This document shows positions 20,942 to 29,984 of a stretch of 64,000 nucleotides of DNA, piece by piece (the first letter of the stretch is position 1; each line of letters starts with the position of its first letter). The DNA comes from Candidatus Krumholzibacteriia bacterium. GTDB taxonomy: Bacteria; Krumholzibacteriota; Krumholzibacteriia; JAJRXK01. Location of the stretch: assembly GCA_041484665.1 (NCBI GenBank), contig JBGPIA010000003.1:64001-128000 (forward strand). The letters are read 5' to 3'. The position numbers and the translations under genes are program-made. Under the pieces are notes generated by a model. The model did no database searches, was not told the origin of the DNA, and worked only from the letters and a program-made list of their open reading frames with translations.

Positions 20942-20970
20942 AATATACGGGGCGGGTCGGTTCCTGTCAA
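20942..20970 (-). promoter_or_regulatory. sigma70-type promoter for the TonB-dependent receptor operon
   Basis: Minus strand TTGACA-N17-TATATT. Confidence 0.78.
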
Positions 20971-20996
20971 CGGGGGATCACGGGGCTTGGTCGTGG

Positions 20997-22118
20997 CTAA
21001 CTTCTTTTTGTCCAATGAGCTGGCGGTTCGACCGCGTTCGCGGGCACGCAACCGGAGTAGAGCAGGCAGCGCGCGCGCTGCCCGGGCGCGACCTCGGCCA
21101 GGACGGGTGAGAGGCGCGCGCACTCGGGCATCGCCTGCGGGCAGCGCGGGTGGAAGGCGCAACCGGACGGCGGAGCGGTGGGGCTGGGAGGATCGGTGGC
21201 GAGCGCTTGGGGGACGCTCGCGGCGCGCGAGAGGCTGGGTACCGCGCTGAGCAGCGCCTGCGTGTAGGGATGTTTCGGCTCCGCGATCACGGTTGCCGCC
21301 GACCCCTCCTCCACGATGCGCCCCAGGTACATGACCGCGATGCGGTCGGCGACATGCTCGACCACGGCGAGATCGTGGGCAATGAACAGCAGACTCAGCC
21401 CCAACTCCGACCGGAGGTCGGCCAACAGGTTGAGCACTTGCGCCTGAACGCTGACGTCCAGCGCCGACACGGGCTCGTCGGCGACGACGAAACGGGGCGC
21501 CAGCGCCAGCGCGCGCGCGATGCCGATGCGCTGGCGCTGCCCACCGCTGAACTCGTGCGGATAGCGCCCGGCGTGCTCGGGGCCCAGCCCGACGCGCTCC
21601 AGCAGCGCCAGCGCGCGCGCGCGGCGCTCCGTGCGATCGTGCATCCCGTGGACCCGCAATGGCTCCTCGAGGGCCTCGCCAGCGGTCATGCGCGGGTTCA
21701 GGCTGCCGTAGGGATCCTGGAAAATGATTTGCATACCGCGCCGCAGCCGCCGCAGCGGCTCGCCGGACAGCCTCAGCAGATCCTCGCCCAGCAGCTCGAT
21801 GCTCCCTGCGGTGGGCTCGATCAGCCGCAGGATACAGCGGCCCAGGGTCGTCTTTCCGCACCCGGACTCTCCCACCAGACCGAGCGTCTCCCCTTCCTGG
21901 ATCTCCAGATCCACGCCGTCGACTGCGCGCACCACGCCGCCCGGCCGGCCACGCCACCCGCCCCGCAACGGGAAGTGCTTCACGAGCCCGCGCACGCGCA
22001 GGATCGGGCCCGGCGTGGGCTGCCGCTGGGGCAGGAGCGGGCCATCGGATGCCGCGCGGCGCTGCGCTGCCCGCGGGCTCGGCGGTCCGGACGAAGGCTC
22101 AGGCGAGCGCACGCTCAA
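20997..22118 (-). CDS. oppF: Oligopeptide/dipeptide ABC transporter ATPase (OppF/DppF)
   Basis: [42 protein letters not shown] and [12 protein letters not shown] 22118 after GGAGG. Confidence 0.88.
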   Translation of the reverse strand: MSVRSPEPSSGPPSPRAAQRRAASDGPLLPQRQPTPGPILRVRGLVKHFPLRGGWRGRPGGVVRAVDGVDLEIQEGETLGLVGESGCGKTTLGRCILRLIEPTAGSIELLGEDLLRLSGEPLRRLRRGMQIIFQDPYGSLNPRMTAGEALEEPLRVHGMHDRTERRARALALLERVGLGPEHAGRYPHEFSGGQRQRIGIARALALAPRFVVADEPVSALDVSVQAQVLNLLADLRSELGLSLLFIAHDLAVVEHVADRIAVMYLGRIVEEGSAATVIAEPKHPYTQALLSAVPSLSRAASVPQALATDPPSPTAPPSGCAFHPRCPQAMPECARLSPVLAEVAPGQRARCLLYSGCVPANAVEPPAHWTKRS

Positions 22119-23193
22119 CGGGCCACCTCCCTTCCGCGAGGACGCGCGACGCCTCCCAGCACGCCACGTGGTGCCCGGCCGGCTCGCCACCTGGAACCGG
22201 CGCCAGCGGAGGGTCCTGCGCATGACAGCGCGGCGTGGCGAACGGGCAGCGCCCCGCGAAGCGGCAGCCCGAAGGCATCGCCCACGCCTGGGGCACAGTG
22301 CCGCCGATGGCTGGCAGCCGTGGCCGGCGCCGCCCCAACTGCGGGCGGCACGACAACAGGCCCAGGGTGTACGGGTGCGCGGGCCTGGCCAGCAGGCGCG
22401 CGGCGGGAGCCTGCTCGACGATACGGCCCGCGTACATCACGAGCACGTCGTCGGCGCTCTGGGCGATCACGGCCAGGTCGTGGGTGATGTGCAACATCGC
22501 CATGCCCAGCGAACGGCGGAGGTCGTCGAGGACCCGCAAGATCTGCGCCTGGATGGTCACGTCCAGTGCGGTGGTCGGCTCGTCGGCGATGAGCAACGCC
22601 GGAGAGCACGCGATCGCCATCGCGATCATCACCCGCTGACGCATGCCGCCGGAGAGCTGGTGCGGATATTCGCGAGCGCGGCGGGCCGCGTCGGGGATCT
22701 GGACGGTGCGTAGCAGCTCCAACGTGTGCTCCCGCGCCGCCGCGCGGCGCTCGCCGCGGTGCTCGCGCAGGACCTCCGCGATCTGCTCGCCGCAGGGATA
22801 CACCGGGTTGAGACTCGTGGCCGGCTCCTGGAAGATCATGGCGATCCGGTCGCCGCGCACGCGGCGCATCTGCGCCTGCGACAGCCCCAGCAGATCGCGT
22901 CCCTCCAGCAGCAGCTCGCCGCCGACGATCCGCACGGGCGGGTCCGGGACGAGCCGCAACAGCGCCAGCGCGGTGAGGCTCTTTCCGCAGCCCGACTCCC
23001 CCACCAGCCCAAGCACGCGGCCCCGCTCCAGCGTGAAGCTCACGCCGTCGACGGGATGACCCACACCAAGCTCGGTGCTCAGGCGCAGACGCAGCCCCCG
23101 AACCTGCAGCAGGGGAGTGTCCCCCGCGGCAGCTGCGCCCGTCGCACGGGTCGAGACGGTGGCGGCGGTCGCGCGGGTCGGTAGCTCGCTCAT
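22099..23193 (-). CDS. oppD: Oligopeptide/dipeptide ABC transporter ATPase (OppD/DppD)
   Basis: [40 protein letters not shown] and HPYT. Confidence 0.9.
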   Translation of the reverse strand: MSELPTRATAATVSTRATGAAAAGDTPLLQVRGLRLRLSTELGVGHPVDGVSFTLERGRVLGLVGESGCGKSLTALALLRLVPDPPVRIVGGELLLEGRDLLGLSQAQMRRVRGDRIAMIFQEPATSLNPVYPCGEQIAEVLREHRGERRAAAREHTLELLRTVQIPDAARRAREYPHQLSGGMRQRVMIAMAIACSPALLIADEPTTALDVTIQAQILRVLDDLRRSLGMAMLHITHDLAVIAQSADDVLVMYAGRIVEQAPAARLLARPAHPYTLGLLSCRPQLGRRRPRLPAIGGTVPQAWAMPSGCRFAGRCPFATPRCHAQDPPLAPVPGGEPAGHHVACWEASRVLAEGRWPVERALA

Positions 23194-24281
23194 GGCTGGC
23201 CTCGCGTGGCGGGTTGCGGCGCCTGCGGGACGGGACCGCCGCTCACGGGCGCCGCATCACCGCCCTCGACCGCGCGCTCCCGCAGGAGCCTCAGGCGCGG
23301 ATCGTACGCGTCGCGCAACCCGTCCCCAAGCAGGTTGTACGCGATCACCGTGATCATGATGGCCAGCCCCGGGAAGGTCGAGACCCACCAATGCGTGAGC
23401 GGAGTGGTCCGCCCGCCGCGGATGAGCATCCCCCAGCTCACCGCGGGATCCTGGACCCCCAGCCCCAGAAAGCTCAGGAACGACTCGACCAGTATGGTGC
23501 TGCCGATCCGCAGCGCCGCCGCCGGAATCACCGGCGCGCTCGCCATGGGGAGGATGTGGCGCAGCAGGATGCGCGCCCCGGGCACCCCCAGTGCCCGCGC
23601 GGCCTCCACGTGGTCCAGTCCTCGCGTGGCCAACACGCCTCCACGCACCAGGCGCGCCACGCCCATCCACCCGGTGGTGCCCAGCACCAGCACGATCAGC
23701 GGCACCGTCGGCGACATCACCGCCACGATGGCGAGGATGAGGAACAGGCGGGGAAACGCCAGCAGCAGGTCGGTGGCGCGCATCAACAGGCCATCGACCA
23801 TGCCGCCGGCGTAGCCGGCCGTGGCGCCGACCAGCACTCCCAGCACCACGTTGCAGAGCACGCTGGCCAGGGCGATGGCCAGCGAGACGCGCGCGCCGTA
23901 CACCACACGGCTGTAGAGATCGCGTCCCAGCCCATCGGTCCCCATCCAGTGGGCGGGAGACGGGGACAGGTAACGCGCTCCCAGCAGATCCTGCGCGGCG
24001 GGCGGATGCGTCGCGAGCAAGGGCGCCAGCAGCGCCACCAGGTGCAGCCCCAACACCAGGTAGAGGCCGACTCGCGCGAACGGATCGCGCACGCGCCGGC
24101 AAAGCAGCGCAAGCCCTCCGGCGCGCCGCAGCTGCCACCACAGCGCCGGGCAGGCCAGGGCGGTCCAGGCGGCGATGGCGCCATCCAGCCCGCGCTGCCC
24201 GACGAGCCATGGCCATCCCCCCCGCACCAGCAACGGCGCCAGAGGCAGCCAGCCCATCAGGGTGACGAAGGCGCGCTCCAT
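23190..24281 (-). CDS. oppC: Peptide ABC transporter permease (OppC/DppC)
   Basis: HWMGTDGLGRDL, EAARALG, RHILP, LSFLGLG and GDGLRDAYDPR. Confidence 0.9.
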   Translation of the reverse strand: MERAFVTLMGWLPLAPLLVRGGWPWLVGQRGLDGAIAAWTALACPALWWQLRRAGGLALLCRRVRDPFARVGLYLVLGLHLVALLAPLLATHPPAAQDLLGARYLSPSPAHWMGTDGLGRDLYSRVVYGARVSLAIALASVLCNVVLGVLVGATAGYAGGMVDGLLMRATDLLLAFPRLFLILAIVAVMSPTVPLIVLVLGTTGWMGVARLVRGGVLATRGLDHVEAARALGVPGARILLRHILPMASAPVIPAAALRIGSTILVESFLSFLGLGVQDPAVSWGMLIRGGRTTPLTHWWVSTFPGLAIMITVIAYNLLGDGLRDAYDPRLRLLRERAVEGGDAAPVSGGPVPQAPQPATRGQP

Positions 24282-24285
24282 GGCC

Positions 24286-25251
24286 TCACTGCACGCGGAT
24301 GCGCGGGTCGAGCCACGCGTACGCCAGGTCGGCGAGCAGGCTCCCCAAGACGACGAGCGCGCCCGACAAGAGCGTCGTCGCCAGGATCACGGGCACGTCA
24401 CGCCCCAGCATCGCCTCGACGGTCACCCGGCCCATGCCCGGCCACGCGAAGATCCACTCGGTCACCACCGCGCCACTGAGCAGGAACGGAAGGCTCAGCC
24501 CCGCCAGCGTGACCAGCGGGATGGCCGCGTTGCGCAGCCCGTGCTTGAGCAACACGCGCCAGGGGTGCAGGCCCTTTGCGCGAGCGGTGCGCATGTACTC
24601 CTGTTGGAGCACCTCCAGCATCGAACTGCGCATGAAGCGCGCCGTACCCGCCGCCCCGGCCAGCCCCAGCACGAGCATCGGGAGGAGCACGTGGCGGAAC
24701 GACGAGGTGAACCAGGGCCAGATCGTCGCCACGGTCAGCGGGACATCGCCACTGCCGGTGCTGGGCAGCCAGCGCAGCTTGTAGGCGAACAAGAGCTGCA
24801 GCATCAGGGCCAGCCAGAAGCTGGGCATGCTGTAGATGGCCAGCGAGGCGATGGTGGTCGCGCGGTCGATCCAGCCGCCGCGCTGCGCCGCGCACAGCAC
24901 GCCCAGCGCCGTCCCCAGCCCCAGGTCCAGGAGCAGCGCCAGCCCCGCCAGCCGCAGGGTCATGGGCACGGCGTCGGCCAGCAGCTCGGCCACCGGGCGG
25001 TGGTAGCGCAAGCTCACGCCCAGGTCGCCGCGCAAGAGCCTCGCCAGCCAGTGCCCGTACTGCACGTGCAGAGGCAGGTCGAGCCCGTAGTGGGCGCGTA
25101 GGGCCTGGGCGTCGGCGGGCGTGCTGGTCACGTCGAGCATCAGGTCCAGCGGCTCGCCGGGCGCCAGGTGGATCATCGCGAACGTGAGGGTGGCCACGCC
25201 CCACAGCAGCAGGACCGAGCTCAAGAGGCGGCGAAGCGTGTAGCGCAGCAT
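24286..25251 (-). CDS. oppB: Peptide ABC transporter permease (OppB/DppB)
   Basis: GLDLPLHVQY, GDLGVS, TARAKGL, HGLRNA, E-IFAWPGMG and LDPRIR. Confidence 0.9.
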   Translation of the reverse strand: MLRYTLRRLLSSVLLLWGVATLTFAMIHLAPGEPLDLMLDVTSTPADAQALRAHYGLDLPLHVQYGHWLARLLRGDLGVSLRYHRPVAELLADAVPMTLRLAGLALLLDLGLGTALGVLCAAQRGGWIDRATTIASLAIYSMPSFWLALMLQLLFAYKLRWLPSTGSGDVPLTVATIWPWFTSSFRHVLLPMLVLGLAGAAGTARFMRSSMLEVLQQEYMRTARAKGLHPWRVLLKHGLRNAAIPLVTLAGLSLPFLLSGAVVTEWIFAWPGMGRVTVEAMLGRDVPVILATTLLSGALVVLGSLLADLAYAWLDPRIRVQ

Positions 25252-25415
25252 GGGTTCGAGCGGATGCGGCCGAGGTCAAGGTGCAAGCCGCGCCCGGGGT
25301 GGGTCAAGCGGGAACCGGCCCCCCGATCCGGGCTCAAGTTCCCGGCGCCGCTGCCGATCCCCTCAGACGACGCGCCTTCCTGGTGTTCATCCTCACCCTA
25401 TGCCGGGAGCGTCGC

Positions 25416-27443
25416 TTGCGCGCAACCATCGTCTCCGCCGCGGCGCTGACCGCCGCGGTGTGCCTGGCCGGGCTCTCAGCGTGCTCCATCCAGGAGCCGA
25501 AGCTCCCCACCTTCCAGACCGAGCTGGCGATCCCGCTGGGGACGCTGCGCTACGGCGTGGATGAGCTGCTGCGCCACGAGCCGGCGCTGGTGACCGGGCA
25601 GGAAGGCTCGCTGTCCCTGCAGTTTTCGGGCAGCATCGATTCGGTCGCCGTCGGCAACCGCCTGGATCTCGCCGTAGGAGGCCGCTCGGTCGCCGCGTCC
25701 ATCGGCGTGATCACCCTCGACCCCGCCCCGCCCGCTGCGTATACCTTCCGCCTGGGAACGCTGTACCCGCCGGCGGAGGCAGCGCAGGGACCGTTCTTGC
25801 CCGTTCCGCCGTTCGCGTTCTTTGCGCCATCGCCCGCCTCGGACCTGCCAGGCTTCACCAGGGCGTCGGTGGTCGCGGGCGGCCTGGACGTGCGCATCCA
25901 CAACGGCCTGCCGGTCCCCGTCGGCGGCCCTTCGCCGCCGGAGCGCATGGAGCTGCGCTTGATCGATCCGGCGCTGGGCAGCGACGTGGCGGCCTTGCTG
26001 CTCGACGTGGCGATCCCGGCGAACGGTGAGGAGGAGCGCTTCCTGGACCTGGCCGGGACGATGTTGCCCGACAGCCTGCGCGTGCAGATCGAAGGCGGCA
26101 GCCCCGGATCCTACGGCACGCCGGTCGCGATCGATCCGGAGGTCGCGCTCTCGGTCACGGTACAGATCCAGTCGCTACAGGTCGACTCCGCGCAAGCCCC
26201 CATCGGCGCGCGCAGCTTCGGCGACAGCTCCCAGGTGGCGCTGCCGGACTCCATCCGCGTGCTGCAGGCCACCCTCGCCAGCGGCGCGCTGCAACTGCAG
26301 CTGTCGAGCGATCTCCCGCTCCCGGTGCGGGCGCGCCTGACGCTGCCGCAGGTGCGCGACGCGCAGGGCGCGACCATCGAAGTCGAGGTGCCGCTGGCGG
26401 CAGCCGGGACCGGCCTGGCGAGCGTCGACCTCGCCCAGGCCACGCTCGATTTCGGAGCGCAGCCCGGGCAATCGCTCACCATCCGCACGGTCGTCGATAC
26501 GCCGGGCTCGCAGGGAGCCAGCGTGTGGGTCACCGCGGGGCAGCGCGTGGCCGCCACGGTGGCGCCCCTGTCGCTCTCGTTTGCGCGGGTCGTGGGCGTG
26601 CTGCAACCGCAGCAGACGCTCCTGGCACAGACCCAGATCGACCTGCCAATCCCCCGGGACCTACCCACGCTCACGTTGGCGCAGGCGCAGCTCACGCTGC
26701 TGCTGCGCAGCGCCGTCGACCTGCCGGGGACCATCGACCTCCATCTGGAGGGGCGCAGCGACCATGGCGTGGTGGTCCCGATGGACCTGCGGCTCGACCT
26801 CGCCGCCGGCCAGGGCGAAGCGCAGGGAGTGCGCAGTTATATGTTCGACGCCGGCAACAGCGGTCTGCTGGCGTTTCTCGACAACCTGCCGGTATCGATG
26901 CTGGTCAGCGGCATGGCGACCGTGGGGGACGGCGTGACGGCCGGCACCATCGCACGCGGCGACGGGCTGGTTGCTTCGTACCGGATCGACGCTCCGCTCA
27001 CGTTGTCGTTGGCGCCGCAAACGCTCCGCATCGATCCGCGGCGGCTCGCCCTGGGCGAGGACGCCCGGCGGCGCATCGGAGAGCGCGTGCTCGGCGCGAG
27101 CCTCCAGGCCGAGGTATCGAGCACGCTGCCGGTGGCCGCCCGCGTGTTCATCGGACTGGATCCCGACTCCAGCGCGGTGCACGACGCCCCGCGCATCAGG
27201 CTGGGCCCCATCGACCTGCCGGCCGCCGGCGCGTTCGAGGGCGGGAGTCGCCAGCCGGCGGTGGCCACCACGCTGCTCGCGCTGGACGACGCCGACGTGC
27301 TGCTGCTGGCGGATCAGGACGTCTACCAGGGTGTACGCATCGAATTGCCCGGGACCAACGGTCAGACCGTGACCTTGCACGCGAGCGACGGCGTGGAGGT
27401 GCGCGGCCTCCTGCGCGCCCGTGTACGCCTCGGAAAGGACTGA
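25416..27443 (+). CDS. Putative large lipoprotein with repeated beta-sandwich-like domains
   Basis: Lipobox-like LAGLSA|C followed by PTFQTELAIPLG; about four internal repeats. TTG 25416 after GGGAG; start uncertain. Confidence 0.65.
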   Translation: MRATIVSAAALTAAVCLAGLSACSIQEPKLPTFQTELAIPLGTLRYGVDELLRHEPALVTGQEGSLSLQFSGSIDSVAVGNRLDLAVGGRSVAASIGVITLDPAPPAAYTFRLGTLYPPAEAAQGPFLPVPPFAFFAPSPASDLPGFTRASVVAGGLDVRIHNGLPVPVGGPSPPERMELRLIDPALGSDVAALLLDVAIPANGEEERFLDLAGTMLPDSLRVQIEGGSPGSYGTPVAIDPEVALSVTVQIQSLQVDSAQAPIGARSFGDSSQVALPDSIRVLQATLASGALQLQLSSDLPLPVRARLTLPQVRDAQGATIEVEVPLAAAGTGLASVDLAQATLDFGAQPGQSLTIRTVVDTPGSQGASVWVTAGQRVAATVAPLSLSFARVVGVLQPQQTLLAQTQIDLPIPRDLPTLTLAQAQLTLLLRSAVDLPGTIDLHLEGRSDHGVVVPMDLRLDLAAGQGEAQGVRSYMFDAGNSGLLAFLDNLPVSMLVSGMATVGDGVTAGTIARGDGLVASYRIDAPLTLSLAPQTLRIDPRRLALGEDARRRIGERVLGASLQAEVSSTLPVAARVFIGLDPDSSAVHDAPRIRLGPIDLPAAGAFEGGSRQPAVATTLLALDDADVLLLADQDVYQGVRIELPGTNGQTVTLHASDGVEVRGLLRARVRLGKD

Positions 27444-27444
27444 C

Positions 27445-28719
27445 GTGGGCTTGCGCAAACATTACATCAGCGTTGCGGGTCTCCTGATGGGGATGCTCGC
27501 GGCCGCAGCCCCGCGGCCCGCGGGGGCCGGCCTCGGCTCCTCGGTGCGCGCGCTGGGCATGGGGGGGGCGTACACCGCGCTCGCGCGCGGCATCGACGCG
27601 CCGCAGTGGAATCCGGCCAACCTGGCGCTCACCGCGCCAGGACGGGTCTCGGTGGGGCTCTTGGCGGGCGCAGCCACGGTGGACAACAACTCCTTCTCGC
27701 TGGGTCTGTACAACCGGCTGACCGGCGCGGACCTCAACGATCAGGACAAGCTCGACATCCTGGCGGCGATCCCCCCCGAGGGGATGGCGGCCACCGCGGA
27801 CGCGACGGCCAGTGCCTTGGGCCTGCAGCTCTCCCACTTCGCGTTCACCGTAAGCGGTCGCGCCGCCGCGCGCAGCAACGTGCCCCACGACGCGTTCACG
27901 CTTCTGTTGTTCGGCAACGCCGCAGCCGATTCGGTAACCCTGGACGATGCCGCTGTCGAGGCGTACGCCCTGGCGAGCGTGGCGCTGAGCGGCGCCACCA
28001 CCGTGCTGGGCAGCGCCGAGCGCGGGCTGCACGTGGGGCTGAGCCTGCGGTACCTTCACGGGATCGCCTACGGGCGGCTGACCCAGGCCGCCGGCGCGTT
28101 GCTGACCCGCCCCACCGGCGTCTTCGGCCAGGCCGTGGCCGAAGCCATCACCACCGGCTCTGGCGACGGCGTTGGCGTCGACCTGGGCCTGGCCGCCACC
28201 GCGGGGCGCTGGACGGGCGGGCTGATGGTGGAGAACGCCTTCGCCCAGATCGCCTTCAACCGCGACGTCGAGCGGCGCACCTGGACCGTGGCGCTCGACA
28301 CGGTCACCGTCTCCACGCTGCAGAACCAAGGCAATCTCGACCACCTCGTCACCCACGGCGAGAGCGTGCGCGAGGCCGGACCGGTCGTGGTGACGCTGCC
28401 GCGCGTGGTCAGTCTCGGACTGGGGCGGACCGGACGGCTGGCGTCTGTGGCCGTGGATCTCTCCCAGGGCTTCGCCGAGCGTGCCGGCAGCGACACCGCC
28501 ACGCGATTGTCGGCGGGGCTCGAGCTGTTCCCTGCACGCGTGGTATCGCTGCGCGCGGGGGCCGCGGCGGGTGGCGCCTCGGGCTGGAGTGCGTCCGCAG
28601 GCCTGGGGCTGCGGCTGCTTGCGGTGCGCATCGACCTCGCCGCCGCCACCCATGGCGCATTGGTGCCGGGCAGCCCGCGGGGCGTCTCGGCGGCGGTGGG
28701 CCTGGGGCTGGGGTTCTAG
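27445..28719 (+). CDS. Outer membrane beta-barrel, FadL/PorV/DUF5723-like
   Basis: Signal peptide; RALGMGGAYTALARG-DA-WNPANL; G-GVDLG; C-terminal GLGLGF. Confidence 0.72.
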   Translation: MGLRKHYISVAGLLMGMLAAAAPRPAGAGLGSSVRALGMGGAYTALARGIDAPQWNPANLALTAPGRVSVGLLAGAATVDNNSFSLGLYNRLTGADLNDQDKLDILAAIPPEGMAATADATASALGLQLSHFAFTVSGRAAARSNVPHDAFTLLLFGNAAADSVTLDDAAVEAYALASVALSGATTVLGSAERGLHVGLSLRYLHGIAYGRLTQAAGALLTRPTGVFGQAVAEAITTGSGDGVGVDLGLAATAGRWTGGLMVENAFAQIAFNRDVERRTWTVALDTVTVSTLQNQGNLDHLVTHGESVREAGPVVVTLPRVVSLGLGRTGRLASVAVDLSQGFAERAGSDTATRLSAGLELFPARVVSLRAGAAAGGASGWSASAGLGLRLLAVRIDLAAATHGALVPGSPRGVSAAVGLGLGF

Positions 28720-29504
28720 GGCCCAAGCCGCGCGTCGAGGCTGTTCGCCGCGCGCGCAGCGCTGCCCAGGCGCGCGCCGAGCTCGGCGGCCAGGCGCGTG
28801 ACCAGCTCTCCGCCCGTCAGATCGGCCAGCCCCAGCGCGCGCAGATCGGTGGTGTGGCGCGCGAGCAGATCGCGCTCGCGGGCGCAGGCCGCAGCGCCAG
28901 GCGCGGGCAGTGGGACCGTGGGAGCGTCCAGCGCGCCCGCGCGAGCGAGCTCCAGCAGGCGCACGTGCTCGGGACCGGCGAGGATGCTCCCGTGCTGGAG
29001 GAACCCGCGCCGCCCGCGCCGCAGCGCGCTGCCCACCAGCTTGCGCCCCCCCACGGCGATCTCATGGCCGCCCACGCCCGAGAAGCAGGCGAAGCCGCCC
29101 GGCCGTCCCTCGCCCGCCATGCGCGCGTCGATCCCCAGCCCGCGCAGCGCCGCAGCCAGGCACTCGCCCAACGCGGCATAGATCTCCGGGATACGGCGGC
29201 CGATCTGCGGCAGGCCCAGCGGGCCGGCGATGGCGTACGTCCACTCGTTCCAGTGCAGGACCGCGCCGCCGCCGGTGGGCCGGCGCACCACGTCGATGCC
29301 GCGGGCGCGCGCAGCCTCGAGGTCGACGCCGTCGAGCGCCTGGTGGAAGCCCAGCGAGAGGGTGGGCGGATCCCAGCCGTAGACGCGCAGGAGCACCACC
29401 GGATGTGGCGAGCGCTCCACCGCGCGCAGCATGGCGCGGTCGCGCTCCATGTTGGCGGCGCCGGTGCGCGCGCCTTCGAACGCGTAGACGAGCTCCACGG
29501 GCAT
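28716..29504 (-). CDS. Lipoate-protein ligase/octanoyltransferase family protein (LipM/LplA-like)
   Basis: NM-RD-AML, W-PPTLSLG-HQ, VVRRPTGGGAVLH, GRKLVGSA and QHGSI. Next to gcvH. Confidence 0.87.
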   Translation of the reverse strand: MPVELVYAFEGARTGAANMERDRAMLRAVERSPHPVVLLRVYGWDPPTLSLGFHQALDGVDLEAARARGIDVVRRPTGGGAVLHWNEWTYAIAGPLGLPQIGRRIPEIYAALGECLAAALRGLGIDARMAGEGRPGGFACFSGVGGHEIAVGGRKLVGSALRRGRRGFLQHGSILAGPEHVRLLELARAGALDAPTVPLPAPGAAACARERDLLARHTTDLRALGLADLTGGELVTRLAAELGARLGSAARAANSLDARLGP

Positions 29505-29589
29505 GCTTGGCGCGCTCGGCATGCTGGGCGTGTGCAGGGGGCGGGGTCCGCGCGGCGTACCGGGTGAGCCGCGTACGCCGGCCCCGGGC

Positions 29590-29970
29590 CTAGGCGTCCT
29601 CGCCGAGCACGTCGGCGTACTCCTGCGCGCTGAGCAGCTCGGCCTCGTCGACTTGCTCGACGGTCATGCGCAGCAGCCAGCCGTCGCCGAAGGGATCCTC
29701 GTTGACGCGCTGGGGGGTGTCGGCGAGCGCCGGGTTGACGTCGATCACCTCGCCCGTGACCGGGGCGTAGACCTCCTCCACGGCCTTGACCGTCTCGATC
29801 GTGCCGAACGCCTCGCCAGCACGCAGGCGGCGGCCCACCTCCGGCAGCTCGATGTACACGATGTCCCCCAACTCGCCTGCTGCGAAGTCGGTGATCCCCA
29901 CGACGCCCTCGCCGTTCTCGATGCGGATCCACTCGTGCTCTTTGGTGTACCGCACGTCCGCAGGCCTCAT
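29590..29970 (-). CDS. gcvH: Glycine cleavage system H protein
   Basis: YTKEHEW, GITDFA-LGDIVYIELP, lipoyl-Lys in ETVKA, VNEDPFGDGW. Confidence 0.96.
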   Translation of the reverse strand: MRPADVRYTKEHEWIRIENGEGVVGITDFAAGELGDIVYIELPEVGRRLRAGEAFGTIETVKAVEEVYAPVTGEVIDVNPALADTPQRVNEDPFGDGWLLRMTVEQVDEAELLSAQEYADVLGEDA

Positions 29971-29984
29971 CTCGCCTCCTTGTC

